From a virus (lineage: Duplodnaviria > Caudoviricetes): 63,736 bases of DNA. Shown in pieces: positions 19,401 to 27,518 of this stretch (the stretch's first letter is position 1; every line of letters starts with the position of its first letter). The stretch covers positions 1 to 63,736 of IMG/VR virus record IMGVR_UViG_3300037467_001854. The stretch is one strand, 5' to 3'. The notes beneath the pieces were generated by a model, which ran no database searches, had not been told where the DNA came from, and was given only the letters and a program-made list of their open reading frames with translations. The translations under genes were made by a program, and so were the position numbers.

Positions 19401-20060
19401 GTCACGCTCGACCCGGGCACTTCCACCGCGGCCACGGCTGTGGTGCGGATCGCCGCGCCGTCCTCGGGCACGGTCGGCCAGCAGGTCACCGGCTTCCAGT
19501 ACGGGCTCGATGGCGACTTCACCGGCACCGTGCGGATCACCCCGAACGACGCCGGCGCGGGCGGCAGCTTCGCCCCGCTGTATGCCGATATCACCAGCGG
19601 CGGGATCGCGGAGTTCTCCTACACGCCGGCGGTGGCGGGCAACATCACCATCAGCGTGATGAACGACCAGCAGCTCAACAACCCGCCATACACCACGCTG
19701 GCCGTGCAGAGCGCGACGCTGCCGGTGCCTTCGATCGGGATCGCGACCTCCGACCTGAATGTCATGGCGGCAGCGCGGGCGACGCTGTCGGGGCCGTTCG
19801 ACTACAAGGGCGACCCGAACGGGAAGATCGAGGTGTTCGCGGATGACCAATCCAGCGCCAAATCGCTGCTGCTGGGCTCCACCGCGGACGGCAAGGTGAA
19901 CGTCAACGCGGGCACCTGGACCGGTCAGTTCCAGAACGTCCCGGCGGGCCTGTGGAAATTCCGCGCGCGGGTCACGGCGAACAGCCAGCCCGTGAGCGCC
20001 TCCACCGGCATCATCCGCATCCTCGACGTCAGCGGAAGCCCGCGCATGCCCCTGCCTTAA
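16434..20060 (+). CDS. Multidomain carbohydrate-binding tail protein (LamG-like, discoidin-like and Ig-like segments)
   Basis: N-terminal HYLPLNG...WHDFII...GVLSDAE LamG-like pattern; YRFHRL...ELEL and LTIDLG discoidin-like pattern. Confidence 0.6.
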   Translation: MTTINTSNALGAKLLHYLPLNGTEGDIAAGQSYTLNSGGSFVNDPAYGTVLQGNGADAALWMGTFDNSSVNAITFAFRLYISADNDAGVAFEVGQPYESAWGGLQFMPQAGDGGMWFWANNNAGGGGGYHFPRPSVGWHDFIISVDGDAGTSYLKMTIDGVNVAPDSGSDGTTGNRGNNPLRLLYRTDTPIYADEGPMSTFMVFSGVLSDAERTSLHGDWNQVVTSDAPPATAPAFASAIADNLSGNGVYVDFDAAIFDWNADATKKPATSAFTVTGSVTGAHAFTGMSWDASIGKIRLYGTNAFEAGETITVSYAAPTDGTGVFDATGAAAVASFGPEPASNNVQAGGASGYAYRFHRLVVLATNGSYNNQWSAQELELRSAPGGVDLTTPTSPITASTENTQYGEVATNLLDNNPTGGNPYSSDFNYNAPHTLTIDLGFAQEVKELAIWPQVSTDTAMVTGRLPKDFDYLASDSATGPFVLLHSYRGFTGWNLGGVNTFDVSAQVATAVTVSGPTSGGIGDSQLFTLQANGALDADITVTVATSGTSNPSQDVVIAKGTGQATFYITTTSAGTTTLHFSSASSLAMPADQTYVSVTNLLRTWGSAGDDFPNLDAAIDWANTQDPAGSRMDVILEGSVMAATASKSLGNANSSSDYRFIIRPRADLRHNYNAATAALYPSMAGATLTLGNGSNLGLARGTVIEDYKLDLQSTGAIWNNRDYPELEPEFRRCIIRIGATDAINVSAWQKMIANDCLVYTDVAISRMINTAWDFSAYRSTFVVLPGGSCDSVMNQAWGGSNFEDSAFYNFNTTPVTGNVKNCYTGSMYGVMNGLQAVTAADMFVDINSNLRAGSALKGLGSQGSISTLDVLGNNRGLTPDVGAGQQVAATPLVVSEITSQPAVDGQTVVLSGTYSGTVVSATATLNPDADPNGAIMQGPTPLTYSAGAWNVTFDNVPPGNYARPQILFTNDGGSAAATGGGAFDVMGFNGVTLDPGTSTAATAVVRIAAPSSGTVGQQVTGFQYGLDGDFTGTVRITPNDAGAGGSFAPLYADITSGGIAEFSYTPAVAGNITISVMNDQQLNNPPYTTLAVQSATLPVPSIGIATSDLNVMAAARATLSGPFDYKGDPNGKIEVFADDQSSAKSLLLGSTADGKVNVNAGTWTGQFQNVPAGLWKFRARVTANSQPVSASTGIIRILDVSGSPRMPLP

Positions 20061-20133
20061 TCGGCTGTGATCGCTGGGATATGGGCCACCATTCGCCCAT
20101 ATTCCAGCTCCACTCACAACCGAGGTAAATCCC

Positions 20134-20331
20134 ATGCAGCTCATGGAAGAACCGTTCAAGGCGGCAGTCGACGGCGTATCTCTGGCGACCGTTATCGCCA
20201 CCCTGATCGGTGCTCTGCCGACCATCGCTGCGCTCGTGTCCATCGTTTGGGGGCTGATCCGGATTTATGAGACCCGCACCGTGCAGCGCCTGCTGTTCGG
20301 CGTTTCGGAGGACAGGCGAGATGGATCGTGA
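20134..20331 (+). CDS. Holin-like small membrane protein
   Basis: 65 aa, hydrophobic segments, immediately before the endolysin. Confidence 0.65.
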   Translation: MQLMEEPFKAAVDGVSLATVIATLIGALPTIAALVSIVWGLIRIYETRTVQRLLFGVSEDRRDGS

Positions 20332-20764
20332 AGCACTCAAGCGCCAGCTTCGCGTCGACGAGGCGGAACGCGAATTTCCCTATGACGATGCCACCGGCCG
20401 CACGCTGGCCAAGGGCGACACCCTGCGCGGCAACCTCACCATCGGCGTCGGCCGTAACCTGAGCGGCAAGCCGCTGCGCGCGTCGGAGCGCGACTTCATG
20501 CTGGACAACGATGTGCGCGAGGTCGAAGACGCCCTCGACAAGGCGCTGCCCTGGTGGCGGCAGATGTCCGACAGGCGGCAGCAGGCACTGGCCAACATGT
20601 GCTTCAACCTCGGCCTCGAGAAGCTGCTGACCTTCAAGAACACGCTGGCCTACATGCAGGCCGGCAGGTATGACGCGGCGGCGGACGGCATGGAGCATTC
20701 GCTGTGGGCGTCGCAAGTCGGGGCGCGAGCCGACCGGCTTATCAAGATGATGAGGGACGGCTGA
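20321..20764 (+). CDS. Endolysin (GH24/T4-type lysozyme)
   Basis: DE...PYDD...TIGVGRNL, ALANMCFNLG and SLWASQVGARA motifs. Confidence 0.9.
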   Translation: MDREALKRQLRVDEAEREFPYDDATGRTLAKGDTLRGNLTIGVGRNLSGKPLRASERDFMLDNDVREVEDALDKALPWWRQMSDRRQQALANMCFNLGLEKLLTFKNTLAYMQAGRYDAAADGMEHSLWASQVGARADRLIKMMRDG

Positions 20765-21171
20765 TGGCACTGATTAACGATCCGATCTCCGCCGTGCTTG
20801 GCATCGGCGAGAAGCTAATCGACCGGCTGTGGCCGGATCCGCAGAAAGCCGCCGAGGCGAAGCTCGAGCTCTACAAGCTCGACCAGTCCGGCGAGCTGCA
20901 GCAGATCATGGGCCAGCTCGAGATCAACAAGGCCGAGGCTGCGAGCCAGTCCATGTTCGTCGCCGGCTGGCGTCCCGCATCGGGCTGGATCTGCAACGCG
21001 GGTCTGGCCTACACCTTCCTCGTGCATCCGCTGCTGGCATGGGCCGCGCGGATGAAGGGCTGGCCGGAACCGCCGGAGATCGACATCAACACGCTGCTGA
21101 TCCTGCTCGGCTCGCTGCTCGGCATCGGTGGTCTGCGCTCCGTGGAGAAGGTCAAGAAGGTCGCGAAGTAG
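20764..21171 (+). CDS. 3-TM holin family (GTA-type) protein
   Basis: KLIDRLWPDP, FVAGWRP and LLGIGGLRSVEK motifs. Confidence 0.85.
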   Translation: MALINDPISAVLGIGEKLIDRLWPDPQKAAEAKLELYKLDQSGELQQIMGQLEINKAEAASQSMFVAGWRPASGWICNAGLAYTFLVHPLLAWAARMKGWPEPPEIDINTLLILLGSLLGIGGLRSVEKVKKVAK

Positions 21172-21182
21172 CGGGGCGCGGG

Positions 21183-21434
21183 ATGAAGCGGACCAACTGC
21201 GTCCTGTTCGCCTACGCCCTCTGGTGGCACCGGCTCTGGCGAGGAGACCGCTGCTACGTCATGTGGCGAAAGAGCGACTGGGGGTGGTTCCCGCATTGCC
21301 TCTTCTGCAGGCTCCGCGCGGACAAGAAGGTCCAGATCATTTCATACAAGCCCAAGGATCCCACGCGCCGGCGGTTCCCGCCGCTGCGCTTCGAAGGCAG
21401 GGTGGTCTATTGGGACGAATTGCCCGAGGAATAG
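21183..21434 (+). CDS. Trp/Arg-rich hypothetical protein
   Basis: 83-aa ORF filling the gap between holin and tail gene. Confidence 0.6.
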   Translation: MKRTNCVLFAYALWWHRLWRGDRCYVMWRKSDWGWFPHCLFCRLRADKKVQIISYKPKDPTRRRFPPLRFEGRVVYWDELPEE

Positions 21435-21435
21435 C

Positions 21436-23061
21436 ATGGCCGGCATCGTAATCAAGAATTTCCGGGGGCTGACCCCGATGCTCAATCCGCAGCTCCTGCC
21501 GGATGGCTTTGCCACGCGCGCTTCCAATGCGCGCCTCACGCACGGAGACCTGCGGAGCTGGAACGCGCCGAACCAGATCGTCACCCTCACCAAGGTCGGC
21601 CCGAAGAAGACGCTGTACCGCTTCGGCGAGGAGCATGACGAGACCGGCTACTGGTTCTCCTGGACCACCGACGTCGACGTCTTCCGCCTGCCGATCGATG
21701 GCGATGTCTCCGAGCGCACGGTCTGGACGGGCGACGGCTACCCGAAGATCACCGACAACGCGCTGGCCCTGACCGGCGGCACCGCCTATCCGATGAACAG
21801 CTACCGGCTGGGCGTCCCTGTTCCGGACGCCTCGACCGTGCTGCATGTGATCACCGGCGCGCCGACCGATGACAAGGACAGCTTCATCGATGCGGCCTAC
21901 GTCTTCACCTACGTCACCGGCTGGGGCGAGGAGTCCATGCCGAGCGATCCGGTCGGCCCGTGGTCGTTCAAGCCCGGGCAGACGCTGACGCTGAATACGC
22001 TCCCCGGCGCGCCGAACGGCCCCTACAACGTCACGCTGCTGCGCGTCTACCGCACCAACACCGGTGACACCGGCACCACCTACCAGCTCCACAGCGAGCT
22101 TCCGATCGGCACCGCGACGCTGAACGACACGAAGCTGCAGGAGGCGCTGGGTGAGGCCTGCCCGACCTTCGGCTGGGAAATGCCGCCGGAGGACGGCTTC
22201 GGCTTCACGCTGGGAGCCAACGGCAACGCCATCATGCTGAAGGACAAGACGATCTACCCGTGCGTGCCCTTCGTCTTCTATGCCTTCCCGGCCGAGTACC
22301 AGCTCTCGACGGAATCGAAGCTCGTCGGCGCCGGCGCGTTCGGCCAGAGCTTCGCGATCCTGACCGAGTCCAATCCCTACATCGTCAACGGCATCGATCC
22401 GGCGAACTACTCGATGACGCGCATCGACACCGCGGTCTCCTGCGTGTCCAAGCGCTCCATCGTGGAGATGCTGGGCGGCGTGATCTTCGCCTCGCCTGAC
22501 GGCCTGTGGATCGTCAACAACGACGGCCTCAAGCCGCTGACGCAATCGATGTTCACGAAGGATCAATGGCAGGCGCTGAACCCGTCTTCCATCCACGCCT
22601 ACCAGCTCGACGGCCGCTACTACGCCTTCTACGACACCGGCACGAAGCGCGGCTGCATGGTCTTCGACTTCGCCCGCTCGCCGGAGGATTACGTCGAGCT
22701 GGACCAGTGGTGCGACACCGCCTTCAACGACCCGCTGCGCGACGAGCTCTACCTGTCGGTGGACAACGACATCCTGAAGTTCGACGCCGGCGCGGCGCTT
22801 TCCTACATCTGGCGCACGAAGGAATACAAGGTTCGCACGAACATCTCCTACGCCTACGGCCGCGTGGACGCGGAGGCCTATCCGGTCACGTTCCGCCTGA
22901 TCGCGGACGGGGCGCAGGTCTTCGAGAAGCAGGTACAGAGCAGCCAGCCGTTCCGCCTGCCGCACAAGCCGGCTTACAAGGTGGCCTTCGAGCTGGAGGG
23001 CTCCAGCCAGGTCAACACGGTAGCCATCGCTGAATCCGCCGCGGAGATCAAGCAGGTATGA
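21436..23061 (+). CDS. Tail tubular / stabilisation (nozzle) protein
   Basis: 541 aa, beta-rich; CVSKRSIV and FASPDGL motifs; AGGA RBS. Confidence 0.7.
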   Translation: MAGIVIKNFRGLTPMLNPQLLPDGFATRASNARLTHGDLRSWNAPNQIVTLTKVGPKKTLYRFGEEHDETGYWFSWTTDVDVFRLPIDGDVSERTVWTGDGYPKITDNALALTGGTAYPMNSYRLGVPVPDASTVLHVITGAPTDDKDSFIDAAYVFTYVTGWGEESMPSDPVGPWSFKPGQTLTLNTLPGAPNGPYNVTLLRVYRTNTGDTGTTYQLHSELPIGTATLNDTKLQEALGEACPTFGWEMPPEDGFGFTLGANGNAIMLKDKTIYPCVPFVFYAFPAEYQLSTESKLVGAGAFGQSFAILTESNPYIVNGIDPANYSMTRIDTAVSCVSKRSIVEMLGGVIFASPDGLWIVNNDGLKPLTQSMFTKDQWQALNPSSIHAYQLDGRYYAFYDTGTKRGCMVFDFARSPEDYVELDQWCDTAFNDPLRDELYLSVDNDILKFDAGAALSYIWRTKEYKVRTNISYAYGRVDAEAYPVTFRLIADGAQVFEKQVQSSQPFRLPHKPAYKVAFELEGSSQVNTVAIAESAAEIKQV

Positions 23062-24833
23062 GCGACCCGAAGAAAATCATCCTCGGCAGGGCGGACCGCA
23101 ATTCGCTCGCCGCCGGCGCGCCGAAGCTGCCGTCGCTGCCGACTTCCTTCGGCACCGATCCGAAGCAGATGATCGGGGCCATCAAGGAAATCCTCGAGGT
23201 GAGGGAAGGGCAGCGCGGCTCCAAGCTGGACAAGTCGCTGACCTGGCGCGACCTCTTCGAGCAGGGCGTCATCGCGCTGAACATCGACGGGCAGGCCTTC
23301 TACAATCCTCCCGGCGGCGGCATTGTGCCCGGGCCGGCGAACGGCGGCAGCATCGACTCCACCCCGCCGCCGGCGCCGACCGGCCTCGAGGCAGTGGGCG
23401 CGGTCGCGACCGTCATCCTGCGCTGGGACGCGCCGCCGGCGAACGTCGCCTACACCGAGATCTGGCGCAGCGCCACCAACGATCTCGGCACGGCCACGAA
23501 GATCGGCACCTCGACCTCGACCCTGTACAACGATGTGGTCGGCTCGAGCCAGGTCTACTACTACTGGATCCGCTGGGTCACCCGCTTCCCGACCACCGGC
23601 CCGTTCAACAAGACCGAGGGCACGGAGGGGCGCACCGGTCTGGACGCCTCCTACATCCTCGAGCTGCTGGCTGCGAATCCGCCGGCGGGCGTGAATTACA
23701 ACCCGCTGCTCTGGGTGAACGACAATCCCGACCTCGAGATCAACGGGGTGCCCGTCCCGGTCGGCACCTATATGCAGCAGGCGTACATCGCCAACGGATC
23801 CATTGGCCGGCTGCAGGTCGGGCTCGCCGCGATCGATGATGCGCGCGTGGCCAACCTGAGCGCGGAGAAGATCACCGCCGGCGACATCGCGGCAGACCGC
23901 ATGAAGGCCAACATCGTGCAGGCGGCGCAGGGCCAGTTCGCCACGCTGTCGGCGCTGTCGGCCTATCTGGGCACTGTGCTGCTCAATTCTGGCGGCTGGC
24001 TGAAGACGGAAGGCGTGGTCGACTACAACGTCGGCACCGGCCTGTACATGGACGCTACCCTGTTCCGGGTCGGGAACGGCACCCAGGGTCTGTGGTGGGA
24101 CGGCAACCAGCTCTACATCAAGGGCAACCTGGATACCTCCGGCAACGCCGCGATACACGGCACCTTCACCTCTGGCACGTTCACCGGCATGGCGAACCCG
24201 GCGGGATCGTATGGTGCATACGTCGGCCCGGAGGGCGCTGTCATCGGCGCGATTGACGGATCTGGCGCGTATTCGACGGAACTCGTCGTGGACCGCGTCA
24301 ACAACAACGTCAGCATCTATGCGCCAACCTGCCAGATCGTCGGTGGCCCATGGTACATCCAGTCCAACGGACAGGCGCTGTTCACCTACCTGACCGTCAA
24401 CGGCGACGGCTACCTCCAAGGCAACCTGCAGGTACACGGCCGCATCACCGAGGACAACCCGAAGCTGTCCCATGTCCAGATGGGCATGACGGCCAGCGGC
24501 GGCGGGTCGGGCCTTTACGGCACCACCTTCACCACGGACGGGCCGTGCTTCGTGATCGTCACCGGCCGCATCATCAGCGGCTCCGGTTCTTGGGTGGCGA
24601 CCATCTCCGCCGGCCCTGTCGACGCTTCGAACTACTACACGAACTTCCTCGCGCGCGACGCCAGCAATTTCTACACCAACGACTCCACGAATTTCCCGGT
24701 CAACAGCGGCTCGGCGCAGAACATCGTCTACCTCAATGGCCCCGGCGTCACCTACTACCTGAACATCTTCGGCTACTCGGATGCAAGCATCGAGGTCGAG
24801 GCCGAATGCACCTTCATCTACATCAAGGCATGA
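23058..24833 (+). CDS. Tail fibre / host-specificity protein
   Basis: FnIII-like segment (ILRWDAP...EIWRS...YYWIRWV) and ANLSAEKITAG repeat typical of tail tip proteins. Confidence 0.7.
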   Translation: MSDPKKIILGRADRNSLAAGAPKLPSLPTSFGTDPKQMIGAIKEILEVREGQRGSKLDKSLTWRDLFEQGVIALNIDGQAFYNPPGGGIVPGPANGGSIDSTPPPAPTGLEAVGAVATVILRWDAPPANVAYTEIWRSATNDLGTATKIGTSTSTLYNDVVGSSQVYYYWIRWVTRFPTTGPFNKTEGTEGRTGLDASYILELLAANPPAGVNYNPLLWVNDNPDLEINGVPVPVGTYMQQAYIANGSIGRLQVGLAAIDDARVANLSAEKITAGDIAADRMKANIVQAAQGQFATLSALSAYLGTVLLNSGGWLKTEGVVDYNVGTGLYMDATLFRVGNGTQGLWWDGNQLYIKGNLDTSGNAAIHGTFTSGTFTGMANPAGSYGAYVGPEGAVIGAIDGSGAYSTELVVDRVNNNVSIYAPTCQIVGGPWYIQSNGQALFTYLTVNGDGYLQGNLQVHGRITEDNPKLSHVQMGMTASGGGSGLYGTTFTTDGPCFVIVTGRIISGSGSWVATISAGPVDASNYYTNFLARDASNFYTNDSTNFPVNSGSAQNIVYLNGPGVTYYLNIFGYSDASIEVEAECTFIYIKA

Positions 24834-25174
24834 ACTACTTCTATGACCCGACCGGCCTGATCGTGGCCTGGTCCGTGAACGAGGAAATCACCGATGGCAC
24901 CGGCACGCCGCTTCCGTTTGTGGAGGGTGATGCCAGTGTCAACATCGTTTCCAACTATGTGAAGGACGGGAAGATCACGCCCCGTCCCGCCAACCCGACC
25001 ACGCTGGAAGGCACGACGCTGAAGAACCTGCCGAGCCCCTGCCAGATCTACGTCGCCGGCAAGGTGTTCGACTGCACCGACCCCGAGTGCGCGCTCGACC
25101 TGCCGGCAGGCGACTACACCATCGTGGTGTCGGCGTGGCCAATGATGAATGCCCGCTTCGATGTGAGGGTCTGA
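24830..25174 (+). CDS. Tail fibre accessory protein
   Basis: ATGA overlap with the fibre gene; NYVKDGKITPRP motif. Confidence 0.55.
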   Translation: MNYFYDPTGLIVAWSVNEEITDGTGTPLPFVEGDASVNIVSNYVKDGKITPRPANPTTLEGTTLKNLPSPCQIYVAGKVFDCTDPECALDLPAGDYTIVVSAWPMMNARFDVRV

Positions 25175-25548
25175 TGAAGATCACGATCACCGATGACAGC
25201 TATCGCGAGAAGGTTCGCGCCCGCGTGCGCGAGGCGCGCGACGCCGCGATCGGCGACGGCTTCGTCTTCAAGGGCAAGCGCTTCGACTCCGACCCGCTGT
25301 CGCTGCAGCGCATCGCCAACGCCGCCACGCTGGCCCTGATTGCCAAGTCCCGCGGCGTGGACTGGAACACGGTCTGGATCTGTGCTGACAACAGCACGAT
25401 GCCGCTGGGGCTCGAGGACATGCTCGACCTCGGCGTGGTCGCCGGCAAGTTCGCCGATGACCTCTTCACCAAGTCCCGCGGCCTGTATGCACGGATCGCG
25501 GCCGCAACCACCGCTGACGAACTGGACGCTATCCAATGGACCAAGTGA
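25174..25548 (+). CDS. DUF4376-like tail fibre assembly protein
   Basis: RFDSDPLS...WICADN...ATTADELDAIQW pattern. Confidence 0.75.
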   Translation: MKITITDDSYREKVRARVREARDAAIGDGFVFKGKRFDSDPLSLQRIANAATLALIAKSRGVDWNTVWICADNSTMPLGLEDMLDLGVVAGKFADDLFTKSRGLYARIAAATTADELDAIQWTK

Positions 25549-25940
25549 AATCCCTGCTGCGCGAGCGCGCAATCCTGATCGGCCTCGGGCTGGTCGTGTA
25601 CATCGGCAAGATCGTGATCCTGCCGCTCTGGCTGTATGCCGTGCTGTTCGATCCCGACCGCGCACGGAACATGCTCTTTGCCAGCGACTGCTTCTACAAC
25701 GCCGCCTTCAACGGCGACCCGCACCAGACGATCTCGCTGCGCGCCTACTTCGGGACGCAGGCGGGGAGCAAGCGGTGGTGCCTGCTTTGCAAATTCCTGG
25801 CCTATTTCCAGAAGAACCACTGCGAGCTGACGGCCAGGAACGCCGGCGTCATCGCGCCCGCGCCGGCGGTCACGGTTCCCGCTGTGGAGACTCCGAGGTT
25901 TGATAGCGTTCCGCTGTCCAACCAGCCTCCCTCGCAATGA
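25536..25940 (+). CDS. Hypothetical membrane protein
   Basis: N-terminal TM segment; NGDPHQTISLRA...LC...HC motif. Confidence 0.6.
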   Translation: MDQVKSLLRERAILIGLGLVVYIGKIVILPLWLYAVLFDPDRARNMLFASDCFYNAAFNGDPHQTISLRAYFGTQAGSKRWCLLCKFLAYFQKNHCELTARNAGVIAPAPAVTVPAVETPRFDSVPLSNQPPSQ

Positions 25941-26365
25941 GAATCGATCCGGAACAGAAGCCCGAATACTTCGCCTGGGCCAGCAAGGCCCTCGACGCGA
26001 AGTATTCGTATGAGGACGGTTGCCGCGTATTCACCCATCTGCATGACGATGGGCGGATCGCGGCAGTGGTCGTATACAGCCGCTTCCACGAGACCAACTG
26101 CGAGATGTCCATCGCGAGCGACGGAAGCCGCCGGTGGATCACGCGCCGCTTCGCTGCCATGGCTTTCGCCTATCCCTTCATCACGCTGAAGAAACGCCGC
26201 GTCATGGGGATCGTGAAGGAGGACAACGAAGCTGCGCTGCGCCTCGATGCCAAGCTGGGATTCCAGTTCGAAGGCCGGCTGCGCAAATGGTTCGGCGACA
26301 AGGACGGCATTCTCCTCGGCATGCTGAAGGAAGAGTGCGTGTGGATTCGAGGACTCGACAAATGA
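25937..26365 (+). CDS. GNAT-family acetyltransferase
   Basis: DNEAALRL...KLGFQFEG motif; position before podoviral ejection genes. Confidence 0.85.
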   Translation: MRIDPEQKPEYFAWASKALDAKYSYEDGCRVFTHLHDDGRIAAVVVYSRFHETNCEMSIASDGSRRWITRRFAAMAFAYPFITLKKRRVMGIVKEDNEAALRLDAKLGFQFEGRLRKWFGDKDGILLGMLKEECVWIRGLDK

Positions 26366-27516
26366 GCAAACTTTACCAATCGGAATTCCCCATCTTCTTC
26401 ACGCCGCCGCCGACCCGCATGGACAAGCGGCTGTGGAAGGATGCCCCGGATCCGCCCGCGACCGACCCGCGCATGTACGACATCATGGACAAGCAGGTCG
26501 GCCTGTCGCAGCAGACACTGGATTTCGTCAAGCAGTCGTATGCGGAAAACCAGACGCGCCAGCAGGCGATCGATGCGCTGAACCAGCGGATCGGCGAGAG
26601 CCAGCTTCAGGATGCCGCCATCAACCGGCAGCGCTCGCAGGAGCAGTACGACTTCTACAAGCAGAACGGCCGTCCTGTCGTGGAGCAGGCGCTCAACGAT
26701 GCGAAGACTTGGGACAGCCAGTCCGCCATCGACCGCGCGCGGGGCCGCGCCAATGCCGACGTCCAGAACTCCTTCGCGCAGGCGGAGCAGCAGCAGGCGC
26801 GCACCCTGTCGCGCTACGGCGTGATGCCGAACGCCTCCCGGCTGGCGACCATCAACTCGCAGCTCATGGCCCAGAAGGCCGCGGCGCAGGCCGGCGCGAT
26901 GACGAATGCCGAGGAAACCCGGCGCACCCAAGGCGCGGCGATGCGCCAGCAGGCATCCAACATCGCGCAGGGCATGCCGGCGCAGGCCATCCAGTTCGGC
27001 AATGCCGCGCTCTCCGGCCAGCAGGCCGCGTTCGGCAACACCATCGCCGCGAACAATGCGCAACTGCAGGCCCAGCAGGAGGCGACCTCCGGCTTCGGCA
27101 CCGCGGGCAACATGCTCGGCGGCGCCGCATCCACCGGCCAAGGCATCTTCAACGGGCAGGCCGGCGTCTGGGGCAACCAGGTCAAACAGGTCAACGCGGA
27201 GAACGCCGGCACCGGCGACCTCGTCGGCACTGCCGCCACGCTCGCGCTGCTCATGAAGGACGGCGGCAACGTGGGCGAGGCCGAGGATCGCGTCGCCGCC
27301 ATCGATCGCCACGGCATGGTGCAAGGCCCGGGCACGGGCACCTCCGATTCCGTTCCGGCCGTGGTTCAGGAAACCGGCAGGCCGCTGCGCGTGTCCCGCG
27401 GCGAGGTGATCGTGCCGGCGGACGTCGTGCGCAAGCTGGGCACGCAGTACTTCGACAAGCTGATTGAAAAACACCACGGCCCTGCAGCGCTGCAGCGCCG
27501 CTACAGCAGGGGATAA
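26362..27516 (+). CDS. Internal virion / ejection protein 1
   Basis: Gln/Ala/Gly-rich helical protein; ATGA overlap; synteny. Confidence 0.7.
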   Translation: MSKLYQSEFPIFFTPPPTRMDKRLWKDAPDPPATDPRMYDIMDKQVGLSQQTLDFVKQSYAENQTRQQAIDALNQRIGESQLQDAAINRQRSQEQYDFYKQNGRPVVEQALNDAKTWDSQSAIDRARGRANADVQNSFAQAEQQQARTLSRYGVMPNASRLATINSQLMAQKAAAQAGAMTNAEETRRTQGAAMRQQASNIAQGMPAQAIQFGNAALSGQQAAFGNTIAANNAQLQAQQEATSGFGTAGNMLGGAASTGQGIFNGQAGVWGNQVKQVNAENAGTGDLVGTAATLALLMKDGGNVGEAEDRVAAIDRHGMVQGPGTGTSDSVPAVVQETGRPLRVSRGEVIVPADVVRKLGTQYFDKLIEKHHGPAALQRRYSRG

Positions 27517-27518
27517 GC

